This document shows positions 1 to 8,083 of a stretch of 24,561 nucleotides of DNA, piece after piece. This DNA is from a bacterium (GTDB lineage: Bacteria > Zhuqueibacterota > Zhuqueibacteria > Oceanimicrobiales > Oceanimicrobiaceae). The stretch's first letter is position 1, and every line of letters begins with the position of its first letter. The notes beneath the pieces were generated by a model. It saw only the letters and a program-made list of their open reading frames with translations, ran no database searches and was not told where the DNA came from. The stretch lies in the NCBI GenBank assembly GCA_046757025.1, contig JBHHXN010000071.1, forward strand, positions 1-24,561, written 5' to 3'. The position numbers were made by a program, and so were the translations under genes.

Positions 1-49
1 TCTGTTTGGATTAATAGTTCATTGGATTTTGATTATCCAAAGTGGGGAA

Positions 50-323
50 CCACCAGTGCACGCAAGTTGGCTCAATCAAATCGAGATCTATTTCTCAATT
101 CTGCAACGGAAAGCTCTAACGCCAAATTACTTTTCTTCTCTGGATGATCTGGCCGCAACTATCATCGCGTTTCAAAAACGATATGAGCATGCGGCCAAAC
201 CTTTCGAATGGAAATTCACTAAAGAAAATTTAACAAAGATGATGAGTAAACTCTCACAAAAATCAAGTGTATGGCCACTTGCAGCATAAAAATACGTTAC
301 CGTATTTGTGAATTCGTGTACTA
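50..323 (+). mobile_element. IS630-family insertion sequence remnant (transposase C-terminus plus right end)
   Basis: ORF 29..289 contains PVHASWLNQIEIYFSILQRK...KPFEWKFT, the typical IS630/DDE_3 C-terminus. Similarity begins at about 50, so the element is 5'-truncated. The stop is followed by a short end ...TTTGTGAATTCGTGTACTA terminating in TA (322-323), after which VWA-coding sequence starts abruptly. Confidence 0.85.
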
Positions 324-1160
324 AGTTTGATCTGGAAGAATCGGAAATTGTCAATAAGCGAATCATTTTTGTGTTAGACCGTTCCGGCAGCATGTCTGGT
401 AAGAAAATTCCCCAGGCCAAAGAAGCCCTGCAATTTTCAGTCACTAATTTGAACCCGGACGATCTGTTCGACATCGTGGATTTCGGCAGCGTCACCGTAC
501 AAGATCCCTTTCCAAAAGAGCTACCCGACCTGTTTAAAGGCTCGCAAATCATCCAGTTTGGCAGATACGCCAACAACATCGGCAACTATCGCGGCGCCAG
601 CAATCCCGCCGACGTCATGTCCACGCAGGTGCGTTATGTTGGCAACAAAACCTTTTTTATGCGGGATAGCTTCTGGGTGGACGTGGAATTGACCTGGCCC
701 TGGACAGACAGGTCATGAGACGCTCATCGATGTCCTTTTTGCCAGCGATGATTATTTCAGTTTATTGCAACAAAAAAGCTATCTGGGTCAGTTTTTCGCC
801 ATTGGAAAAAATCTGGTGGTGAAAGACGCCGAGGAGACTTACAAAGTGCATGAGCGGGGCCGGGAATTCACCGGTGTTCCGGACGAATTCATCCTGTTCC
901 AGAATTATCCCAACCCCTTTAATCCTGGGACGACCATTCAATACATGTTAACCAGAGACGCTCACATCAAATTAACCATTTACGATTTAATGGGACACGA
1001 AGTCAAAGTCCTGGCCGATGAATTCAAACCGGTGGGCGCGCATTTTGCCGTCTGAGATGGCGCCACTGCAAACGGCAACCAAGCCGCCAGCGGCTTGTAC
1101 TTCTATAGATTATCAACTGAACGAGCGGTTAAAGTGGGGAAGATGATAAAAGTCAAATAG
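324..1160 (+). pseudogene. Decayed VIT/VWA-domain protein with T9SS/FlgD-Ig CTD
   Basis: MIDAS motif IIFVLDRSGSMSG and segments PKELPDLFKGSQ...GRY and VGNKTFFMRDSFWVD. Frame break at about 690-718. Downstream frame reads FQNYPNPFNP...HFAV*DGATANGNQAASGLYFYRL...KMIKVK*, with TGA at 1053-1055 replacing the W of WDG. True stop TAG at 1158-1160. The 5' part is replaced by the IS630 remnant. Confidence 0.85.
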
Positions 1161-1246
1161 TTCAAGAACAGGTTTGGTTTCTCCAATTCCTTGAGACCAA
1201 AAAATGAAATCTATTTTCTGGAATTTCCATTATAGTGTAAATCCAG

Positions 1247-1277
1247 ATTCCTCCCCGAACCGTATTCAGGGAGGAAT
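1247..1277. terminator. Hairpin between convergent genes (terminator or REP-like remnant)
   Basis: ATTCCTCCC...GGGAGGAAT inverted repeat. It resembles the GATTCC...GGGAATGAC motif inside the MITEs at 7865 and 19327. Confidence 0.5.
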
Positions 1278-1337
1278 GAGAACAAAATTACATGATTAGA
1301 AAAATAAAAAACCGTTTAAATCACCAGTGCCGATGGT

Positions 1338-1820
1338 TTAATTTCGTTTGAAATAAAACAAGGTGCTGGCTGAGTAAATCGATAAGCTCATAAAAAAGTA
1401 AAGCGGATAGAAAACCGCGCCTTGAAAAACCTTTTCCTGATACAGGGCAAAGATAAAAAACATGGTCATAAAGGAGTAACCCATGGTGGTAGCAGCCGCT
1501 TTCGTCATGTTGTATTCCTGCTTCTCATCGATGATTTCATTGGATTTTTTGACTTTCATGATGATGGCCCAGTACGCGTAGATCATGAGAACTGGGAGTA
1601 AAATAATTTCAAAAAGATGTTTTTCCATGATCACATTTGGCCAACCGAATGAAATCACCAATCCCGTGGCGCCACAGACCACCCCCAGAACGTTGGTGAG
1701 GTTGAAAAGGGTTTCATTCATCTTAAAATATCTGGCTAATCTTGTTTTGGGCAACAGCCAGTACCCGAATCCAATTGACAACAGCACGATCACTAAAGAA
1801 AGTTTCATGTTCATTTTCAT
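1338..1820 (-). CDS. Membrane protein (about 5 TM helices, DUF2178-like DE-x-Q...KA motif), partner of the XRE regulator
   Basis: 160 aa with alternating hydrophobic helices and IIDEKQEYNMTKAA. Lies directly downstream of the HTH gene, with a GGAG RBS. Confidence 0.8.
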   Translation of the reverse strand: MKMNMKLSLVIVLLSIGFGYWLLPKTRLARYFKMNETLFNLTNVLGVVCGATGLVISFGWPNVIMEKHLFEIILLPVLMIYAYWAIIMKVKKSNEIIDEKQEYNMTKAAATTMGYSFMTMFFIFALYQEKVFQGAVFYPLYFFMSLSIYSASTLFYFKRN

Positions 1821-1849
1821 GCTCCCTATTTTGAGGTTAAATCAAGTGT

Positions 1850-2065
1850 TCACGATTTTTCATCATCGATGAGGTAAAAAATGTCTTCAACCGATTTGTT
1901 GAACAGTCTGGCCAGTTTTAATGCTAACAGGGTAGAAGGAACAAATTTACCTTTTTCAAGTGAAAGAATCGTTTGCCGGGTCACCCCAATTGCGTTGGCC
2001 AGCGCTTCCTGGGTGATTTCGTCATGGTCGAAACGGCAGCGTCTTAAATTGTTACCCAGTTTCAA
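1850..2065 (-). CDS. XRE/HTH_3 family transcriptional regulator
   Basis: 71 aa, ITQEALANAIGVTRQTILSLEKGKFVPSTLLALKLARLF. Strong RBS AAGGAGGTG before a TTG start. Confidence 0.93.
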   Translation of the reverse strand: MKLGNNLRRCRFDHDEITQEALANAIGVTRQTILSLEKGKFVPSTLLALKLARLFNKSVEDIFYLIDDEKS

Positions 2066-2090
2066 AAAATCACCTCCTTAAAATGCATTT

Positions 2091-2189
2091 GTTAATTGTT
2101 ATTTACTTATTGTAAGAAATAGTTGACTTAACATACAAAAAAATTTTCAAAAAGTCAAGTATAATTCACAAAATGTAAAAAATAATTAC
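2091..2189. promoter_or_regulatory. Phased imperfect palindromes GT(A/C/T)A(A/G)-N5/6-(T/A)T(T/G/C)AC, putative XRE operators
   Basis: Boxes start at 2091 (GTTAA-N6-TTTAC), 2112 (GTAAG-N6-TTGAC), 2154 (GTCAA-N6-TTCAC) and 2175 (GTAAA-N5-ATTAC). Confidence 0.45.
2130..2158 (-). promoter_or_regulatory. Sigma70-type promoter for the XRE operon
   Basis: Minus strand TTGACT (2158-2153), 17 bp spacer, TATGTT (2135-2130). Confidence 0.6.
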
Positions 2190-2205
2190 GTATAAAAAGA
2201 AAACC

Positions 2206-3099
2206 ATGAAAAAATCATATCTTTTTGCCGTGAGCGTTTACATGCTCATTCTGTTGAGCTGCGACCGACCCGGAGCCCTTTTTCTGAATAAGCAAATCCT
2301 CACCGATTTCTTTTTGTCAGATTCCACCGGTTTGGTGAAAAATCAATTTCGAGTGGGGGAAGAGGTGTTTTTCCATTTCACCCTAACGAATGCCACAGCC
2401 CGGCCGCAGGATTATTATTTGCCCGATACCGGACCCGAGGTTGAATTTCAGGTACTGAAAGGGGACAGCGTCGTGGGGTCCTCATTGGATGGCCTGGCCT
2501 TTGCCACCGTCATCGTGGAAGGCAAGTTGGAGAGCGGGGAATCTTTGCATCAAACGGAGCGCTGGTTTGCGAGGCCGCTGCACGATCTCCTGCCCGCCGG
2601 CCAGTACGTGACGGCGGCCCGGCCGCGGCTGCATTTCAGCGACCTCCCTTCGCCGGTCGTGGAATTTATCGAGTTCCGCGTGGTTTGCGATTCCGCCGCG
2701 CAGGAATGCGAAATCAAGCCGGTAAACATCACCGACATTCCGCCCGCGGATATTCAGTTGCACCCGTTTGCGCTCAATCACCTCGTAATACGCGGCGATT
2801 TTCTCACGCTGGATATCACCTACAGCGGCGGCTGCGGCAAACACGAGTTCGATTTGGTCATGACGCCGGCGGCGTTTCTGGAATCGTTTCCGGTACAGGC
2901 CAATTTATTTTTAAGGCACGAAGATCACGACGATGCCTGCGACGGTTTGGTCAGAAGGGAAGTGACTTTCAACTTGCAGCCAGTCGCCCGTCTGGCTGAA
3001 GCCTTTTACGGCGCCACAGATGAAATCATCCTCAATGTGTTTGAATATTTTGAAGATCAGCCGGGGGAGAAAAAGAGCGTTCGCTATTTTCCGAAATAG
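2206..3099 (+). CDS. Lipoprotein of unknown function (Ig-like N-terminal domain; NigD-like 'YSGGC..HEF' C-terminal domain)
   Basis: 297 aa with signal peptide and lipobox LLSC. C-terminal LTLDITYSGGCGKHEFDL...DACD. Confidence 0.8.
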   Translation: MKKSYLFAVSVYMLILLSCDRPGALFLNKQILTDFFLSDSTGLVKNQFRVGEEVFFHFTLTNATARPQDYYLPDTGPEVEFQVLKGDSVVGSSLDGLAFATVIVEGKLESGESLHQTERWFARPLHDLLPAGQYVTAARPRLHFSDLPSPVVEFIEFRVVCDSAAQECEIKPVNITDIPPADIQLHPFALNHLVIRGDFLTLDITYSGGCGKHEFDLVMTPAAFLESFPVQANLFLRHEDHDDACDGLVRREVTFNLQPVARLAEAFYGATDEIILNVFEYFEDQPGEKKSVRYFPK

Positions 3100-3158
3100 T
3101 AAAAATCTGTGTACTGATTTGGCGCATTCGATGGTAGGTTTGAATGCCTTTATTTCAA

Positions 3159-4310
3159 TCACCTCACCAGAAAATACACGGCCCCGCTGATGAGCGCCGC
3201 CATGGGCAAAGTTAAAACCCACGACAGAAAGACGTTTGACAACACCTTGCGGTTGGCTTGTCCGGAGACCATTCCAATTCCAGCCAGAGCGCCCACGGAA
3301 ACATGGGTGGTGGAAACCGGCACCCCCAGTCGGCTGGCAAAAATTACCAGCACGCCGGTGATCAGATTGGCGGTAAATCCCTGCCCGTGGTTAAGTTTGG
3401 TGATTTTTTTGCTCATGGTTTCGGCCACCTTGCGGGCGCTGAGCAACCCGCCGATAGCCATGGCCACCGCCACGATGGCCAAACCCCATTGAATATCCAA
3501 AGCCTTCACCACCAGCAGCAGCGCCACGATTTTGGGTGTGTCGTTCAATCCCCTAGCAAAGCTCACCAGACCGGCGCTGAAAAAGTGCGCCTGGTCTAAT
3601 AATTTCTGCACGGGCCAGCCCCAAACCGAGCCGGCGTACTGCCGCATCCGATTTTTAGATTTTTCATTTGGAATAGGGCGGTCTTTGTGCAAATGGTTGA
3701 AGGTGAACAATGATTGTGGCTGGGGTACCGGCAGCAGCTTTTTTTGTTGATCGACATACAAAATCCATTCTTCGGTAACCCCCAATCGCAGTCGCCAGAA
3801 TCGAAAAAACAGATAGCTCAATCCGCTGAAAGTCAAGGCTATAAACGGACTAAAGATCAGCGGCAATAAGAATTTATTTTGCAGTACAGAAAAATGCAAG
3901 TCCGTGCCCACCGCAGCGAAACCCGCACCCACCAGGGCACCGGTTAAGCTGTGGGTGGTGGAAATGGGAAAGCCGGTGAAAGTGGCGATGATGACCGTCA
4001 GCGCCGCGCCTAGAGCCACGGCAAATAAGAATGTCGGCGATTGTGTGAAGAGGTCGGGCACCAGCCCTTTTCCTGAAAACGATTTCACCAGTGCTTGCGC
4101 GAAAAACAAAGAAAAGATCGAGCCAGAGAGGGTCGTTCCGGTAGCCCAATGGATGGCCTTTTTGTAATCGGCGGTTCGACTTCCGAACAGGGTGGCCACC
4201 CCTTTGAAATTATCGTTGGCGCCGTTTGAATAGGCTAAGAAAATTGTTGCGAATATGAGTAAGGGTACCATCAGCATTTTTTTTTCATTCCTGGAGTATT
4301 TAGGTTTCAT
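3159..4310 (-). CDS. Inorganic phosphate transporter, PiT/PHO4 family (true start may be 4277)
   Basis: PHO4 signatures NGANDNFKG, GFPISTTHSL, RGLNDTPK and GVPVSTTHVSVG. Multiple TM helices. Confidence 0.93.
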   Translation of the reverse strand: MKPKYSRNEKKMLMVPLLIFATIFLAYSNGANDNFKGVATLFGSRTADYKKAIHWATGTTLSGSIFSLFFAQALVKSFSGKGLVPDLFTQSPTFLFAVALGAALTVIIATFTGFPISTTHSLTGALVGAGFAAVGTDLHFSVLQNKFLLPLIFSPFIALTFSGLSYLFFRFWRLRLGVTEEWILYVDQQKKLLPVPQPQSLFTFNHLHKDRPIPNEKSKNRMRQYAGSVWGWPVQKLLDQAHFFSAGLVSFARGLNDTPKIVALLLVVKALDIQWGLAIVAVAMAIGGLLSARKVAETMSKKITKLNHGQGFTANLITGVLVIFASRLGVPVSTTHVSVGALAGIGMVSGQANRKVLSNVFLSWVLTLPMAALISGAVYFLVR

Positions 4311-4430
4311 TAATTTCTATTTATAGGCATCTTCAACAATTATGCTCGCGAAAAAATTCCTGAGTTAAAAATCAATTCAGTCGGGAAAAGCTGTTTGATT
4401 GGGTCATTAACTGAGCCGAGTAAAATTTAT

Positions 4431-4459
4431 TTGATATTCAATTTTATAAAAGTTATATT
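4431..4459 (+). promoter_or_regulatory. Sigma70-type promoter upstream of DUF192 and the MTase
   Basis: TTGATA (4431-4436), 17 bp spacer, TATATT (4454-4459). Confidence 0.55.
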
Positions 4460-4528
4460 CAAGGAGTCAATTGTAAAATCCTTATCTATTTTGAATAACA
4501 AAAATACCTCATCTATCCATCAAAGGTC

Positions 4529-5005
4529 ATGATTCGCTTAACAAGTATCCTCCTGTTCACTTTTTGTCTGTCCGCCCTGAATTGCGAAAAAACGGCGCAG
4601 CAGACCGAGAAAAAGGAACAGGCCTCTTCCGAAACCGAAACGCCCCCCAAAAAGGGCATGCACACGATTCTGATCGAAGGCATTCCTTTGCAGGTGGAAA
4701 TTGCACAGGACGAGGAAAAATCCCGTAAAGGATTGATGTTTCGTCAGGATCTTGCGGAAAACGAAGGCATGCTGTTCGTGTTCTCCAGCCAGCGCATTTT
4801 GTCGTTCTGGATGAGCAATACTTACATTCCATTGGATATTGCGTTCATCGACCAGGCCGGGGTCATCGTGGATATTCAGCGCATGGAGCCGCTGGACGAA
4901 ACCAAAAGTTATCTTTCGCGGGCGCCGTCACTCTATGCACTCGAAGTCAACGCCGGCTGGTTTGAGAAACATAATATAAAAGTTGGCAGCCGGGTCCGGT
5001 TGTAA
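4529..5005 (+). CDS. DUF192 domain protein (probable lipoprotein)
   Basis: VEIA...RKGLMFR...EGMLFVF...FWMSNTYIPLDIAFID...YALEVNAG. N-terminal signal ending in SALNC. Confidence 0.92.
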   Translation: MIRLTSILLFTFCLSALNCEKTAQQTEKKEQASSETETPPKKGMHTILIEGIPLQVEIAQDEEKSRKGLMFRQDLAENEGMLFVFSSQRILSFWMSNTYIPLDIAFIDQAGVIVDIQRMEPLDETKSYLSRAPSLYALEVNAGWFEKHNIKVGSRVRL

Positions 5006-5063
5006 GGATCGTGTCGTTGCAGTTTGTGATTGGATTCATTACCCTGAAGGTACCTAAACAAAT

Positions 5064-5855
5064 ATGATATTTTTTGAAACCGAGACCGTCAAAATCATCC
5101 AGGAAGATATTTTAAGTACCGATAAAATATCCTCAAACTACATCGATCTCATCGTCACCTCGCCGCCCTACAATGTGGATATTCAATACAACTCACACGC
5201 AGACAATGTTCACTACCAGGACTATCTGGAGTTCAATCATAAATGGTTAGCTCGCTGTTTCGAGTGGCTGAAGCCGGACGGCCGTTTGTGCTTGAACGTG
5301 CCTCTGGACAAAAACAAAGACGGCCAGCAGAGCGTGGGCGCGGATTTTACCGCCATCGCCAAGAAAATCGGCTACCACTATCACTCCACCATCATCTGGA
5401 ACGAAGGCAACATTTCCCGGCGCACGGCTTGGGGCTCCTGGCTCAGTGCCTCGGCGCCATACGTCATTGCGCCGGTGGAGCTGATCATCGTGCTCTACAA
5501 AGATAAATGGAAAAAAACCTCCGGGTCGAAGCAATCGGATATCACCCGCGCGGAATTTATCGAGTGGACCAACGGCCTGTGGACGTTTTCAGGAGAGAGT
5601 AAAAAACGCATCGGCCACCCTGCGCCGTTTCCGCTGGAGCTGCCCAAGCGGTGCATCAAGCTGTTTAGTTACGTGGGCGACACAGTGCTGGACCCGTTTT
5701 CAGGAAGTGGCAGTATGTTGATTGCAGCATATATGCTTAACCGTAAAGGCATCGGCGTAGAGATCGATCCGAATTATTGCGAGCTGGCGAAAAACCGCTT
5801 GTTAAAAGAAGCCAAAGTCAACATGCCAAAAATGTTTGATAACGTCGAGAAATGA
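5064..5855 (+). CDS. Site-specific DNA methyltransferase, N4/N6 (beta class), apparently orphan
   Basis: Motif IV TSPPY precedes GHPAPFP and motif I VLDPFSGSG, which is beta order. SPPY is typical of m4C enzymes. Confidence 0.93.
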   Translation: MIFFETETVKIIQEDILSTDKISSNYIDLIVTSPPYNVDIQYNSHADNVHYQDYLEFNHKWLARCFEWLKPDGRLCLNVPLDKNKDGQQSVGADFTAIAKKIGYHYHSTIIWNEGNISRRTAWGSWLSASAPYVIAPVELIIVLYKDKWKKTSGSKQSDITRAEFIEWTNGLWTFSGESKKRIGHPAPFPLELPKRCIKLFSYVGDTVLDPFSGSGSMLIAAYMLNRKGIGVEIDPNYCELAKNRLLKEAKVNMPKMFDNVEK

Positions 5856-5940
5856 AATTGCCGATTTGAGTAGTGATTTTTTTTCAGTGCGTAGGGAATG
5901 GTATTTTGATGATTAACTACAAAAACAATCGGAGAGGGTT

Positions 5941-7857
5941 ATGCTCAAACGGGTTGTATTTATCATCCAAATATTGCTGTTTGTAAACAACAGTTTTGCC
6001 CAGAATGATCACTCCGAATTATTATATCTCGCTCCTAAAAATCTGAATGGTTTTTATCACAAATTAAAAACGATTCAACGCTTGGCTTCGCCTGAAATTT
6101 CAAATCATTTCCAACAAATGGACCTGGTCATCGGCGACAGCGATCCTAACGAAACTCTCACCATCGAAGGCAGCTTTTTTTTACACGGCAACTTGATTAT
6201 CGTCAACAACGGTGTGCTGAATTTACAGCAGGCGGACTTCCACATCGACGGGGATATCACGGTCATGGGCAGGGGGCAGTTGAATGTTAACGGCGGTCGA
6301 TTTACCGTGATGCAGGAGTACATTTATGAGCACGAAGCCATCGTGCTACAGGGGGGAAGTTTGCGATTTTCAGGCGTGGATTTCCGCTCCAGCGGTCAGA
6401 GTTGGAGTGTGGCGCTGGTGGACAGCAGTCAGTACCTGCTGCAGGATTCGCAAATTTCGGACGGTTTCATCACTACTGCGCTACTGGCAAAAAGTCGTGC
6501 CCAGGTCGTGAACACGCATCTGCCAGGAGAATTCCTCTGTTTCGGTGAAAACGACTTGCAATTTAATAATTCCGATTCGTTGATTTTTTGGTTGGTGTTG
6601 CCGCAGGAAAGCGTGGTGGACACAGAGCTGCCATCAGACTCCCTGCTGGTGAACTGGCGTTTTTCCGAAGCTGAAGCCGGAGTCAGCGGAATTCCCTATG
6701 CTACCCGCATCGATAGCTGCACCAACGTGCTCTGGGGCGCGATCTCCGTTTCTGGCTCCGATGCCACTTTTCGCAATTCAAATCTACGAGCGCTGGGCCT
6801 GTTGTTCCGGCAACCGGATTCCATCGTGGTGAAAAACATCACCAACGGCTCCTTTTATATGGATGAGCTGGTGGCGGTGCCCGACCGAAAATTTCGCCTG
6901 GTGAACAGCGAGGTCCAGACTTGGAATTTTTATCCCTCGGCTCGTTCCCGGGTGACACTGCAAAATTGTGTTTTCGGCGAGCTCATTTCCCAGGACAGCT
7001 CGCAGGTGTTTATCGACAATTCGGTTTGCGACGGCAGCGGTGGCTATTTGGGCGCTTTTCAAAATTCTTTTCTCATCGTGTTTCGGACGCTGGTCAACAC
7101 GCAGGTGATTGCGCGCAATTCCGCTGTGCTGCTGGGAGCACTGTCGGCATGTCTGGGACCCGAAATCGACGCCGATGAATTTGCGGTCATGGCCCTTCTG
7201 AACACCGCCCGATTCGCGGAGCCGCAAGCGCACTCAGCCGCCATCATTTTTGAAGGGCTGATGCAACCCGTGGAAGGAACCGTGGACAGCCGGGTGGCGG
7301 TCGAAGGCACCGCTCGACTGCTGGCTGGTCCGCTGAACCCCGTGCAGTTCCAGGGTTACCAGGTGGAATACAGCACCATTTTACCCGAACCAGTTTGGCG
7401 TGCTACTGACGGCCGGCACCCGCAGCCCGTTTTGGACGATACCCTCTCTCTCTGGAATACCGCCAATTTAATACCCGGCAATTATGCTTTACGCTTGTCT
7501 CTTTTTCATTCCCTTGGGGAGCCCATCGCGTTTGAGTCGCCTGCGCGCTTAGACCTTGCAACAAACGCTGAGGAAAATGCGTATGATCAGCCTGAACGAT
7601 TTTTCTTAGAGCAAAATTACCCCAATCCATTTAATCCCGTAACGCAAATTCGTTACCAACTGCCAGTTGCTGCACATGTCAAATTGACGGTGTTCGATCT
7701 CCTCGGAAAAGAAGTTCAGGTGCTGGTGGATGAAATTCAGCAACCTGGTCGCAAGCAAGTTCAATTCGATGCCAGCGGTTTGGCCTCTGGAATTTATTAT
7801 TATCAATTGCGCACGACGGATTTCAATTCTAAACGGAGGATGCTGTTGATCAAATAA
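5941..7857 (+). CDS. Secreted beta-helix/Ig-like protein with T9SS type-A CTD
   Basis: Signal peptide, beta-strand-rich repetitive N-terminal region, and C-terminal LEQNYPNPFNP...FDASGLASGIYYYQL...RRMLLIK. Confidence 0.85.
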   Translation: MLKRVVFIIQILLFVNNSFAQNDHSELLYLAPKNLNGFYHKLKTIQRLASPEISNHFQQMDLVIGDSDPNETLTIEGSFFLHGNLIIVNNGVLNLQQADFHIDGDITVMGRGQLNVNGGRFTVMQEYIYEHEAIVLQGGSLRFSGVDFRSSGQSWSVALVDSSQYLLQDSQISDGFITTALLAKSRAQVVNTHLPGEFLCFGENDLQFNNSDSLIFWLVLPQESVVDTELPSDSLLVNWRFSEAEAGVSGIPYATRIDSCTNVLWGAISVSGSDATFRNSNLRALGLLFRQPDSIVVKNITNGSFYMDELVAVPDRKFRLVNSEVQTWNFYPSARSRVTLQNCVFGELISQDSSQVFIDNSVCDGSGGYLGAFQNSFLIVFRTLVNTQVIARNSAVLLGALSACLGPEIDADEFAVMALLNTARFAEPQAHSAAIIFEGLMQPVEGTVDSRVAVEGTARLLAGPLNPVQFQGYQVEYSTILPEPVWRATDGRHPQPVLDDTLSLWNTANLIPGNYALRLSLFHSLGEPIAFESPARLDLATNAEENAYDQPERFFLEQNYPNPFNPVTQIRYQLPVAAHVKLTVFDLLGKEVQVLVDEIQQPGRKQVQFDASGLASGIYYYQLRTTDFNSKRRMLLIK

Positions 7858-7864
7858 TGATTTC

Positions 7865-8013
7865 GTGTCCATCCGTAATCGTCATTCCCGAGTGCTCCCT
7901 TCTTAAAACATGCAGGGACAAGCTCATCGGGAATCTCGTGCCTAACTGAACAATGGATTCCTCCCGCTTAAAGATTGCGGGAATGACAAAAAAGGTTCTT
8001 TAGGGATGGACAC
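7865..8013. mobile_element. MITE family A, copy 1
   Basis: Terminal IRs GTGTCCATCCGTAA / TTAGGGATGGACAC and internal GTCATTCC...GGGAATC and GATTCC...GGGAATGAC palindromes. Homologous to 19327-19446. Confidence 0.8.
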
Positions 8014-8083
8014 TATTTAAAATCAAATAAGCTGTTTCTATTAATTGTACTGACCATGTGTTATAAAAAAGACGGAGGATTGA

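Noticed and set aside
1053..1055. In-frame TGA at a conserved Trp as evidence for stop-codon recoding or selenocysteine
   Set aside because: Other genes here end in TGA (MTase, tricorn) and use TGG for Trp. The gene has several other lesions, so a nonsense mutation is the simpler explanation.
4277..4285. A9 tract at the PiT start as a phase-variation switch
   Set aside because: An in-frame ATG follows the tract, so slippage need not inactivate the gene. Such tracts are common in this AT-rich context.
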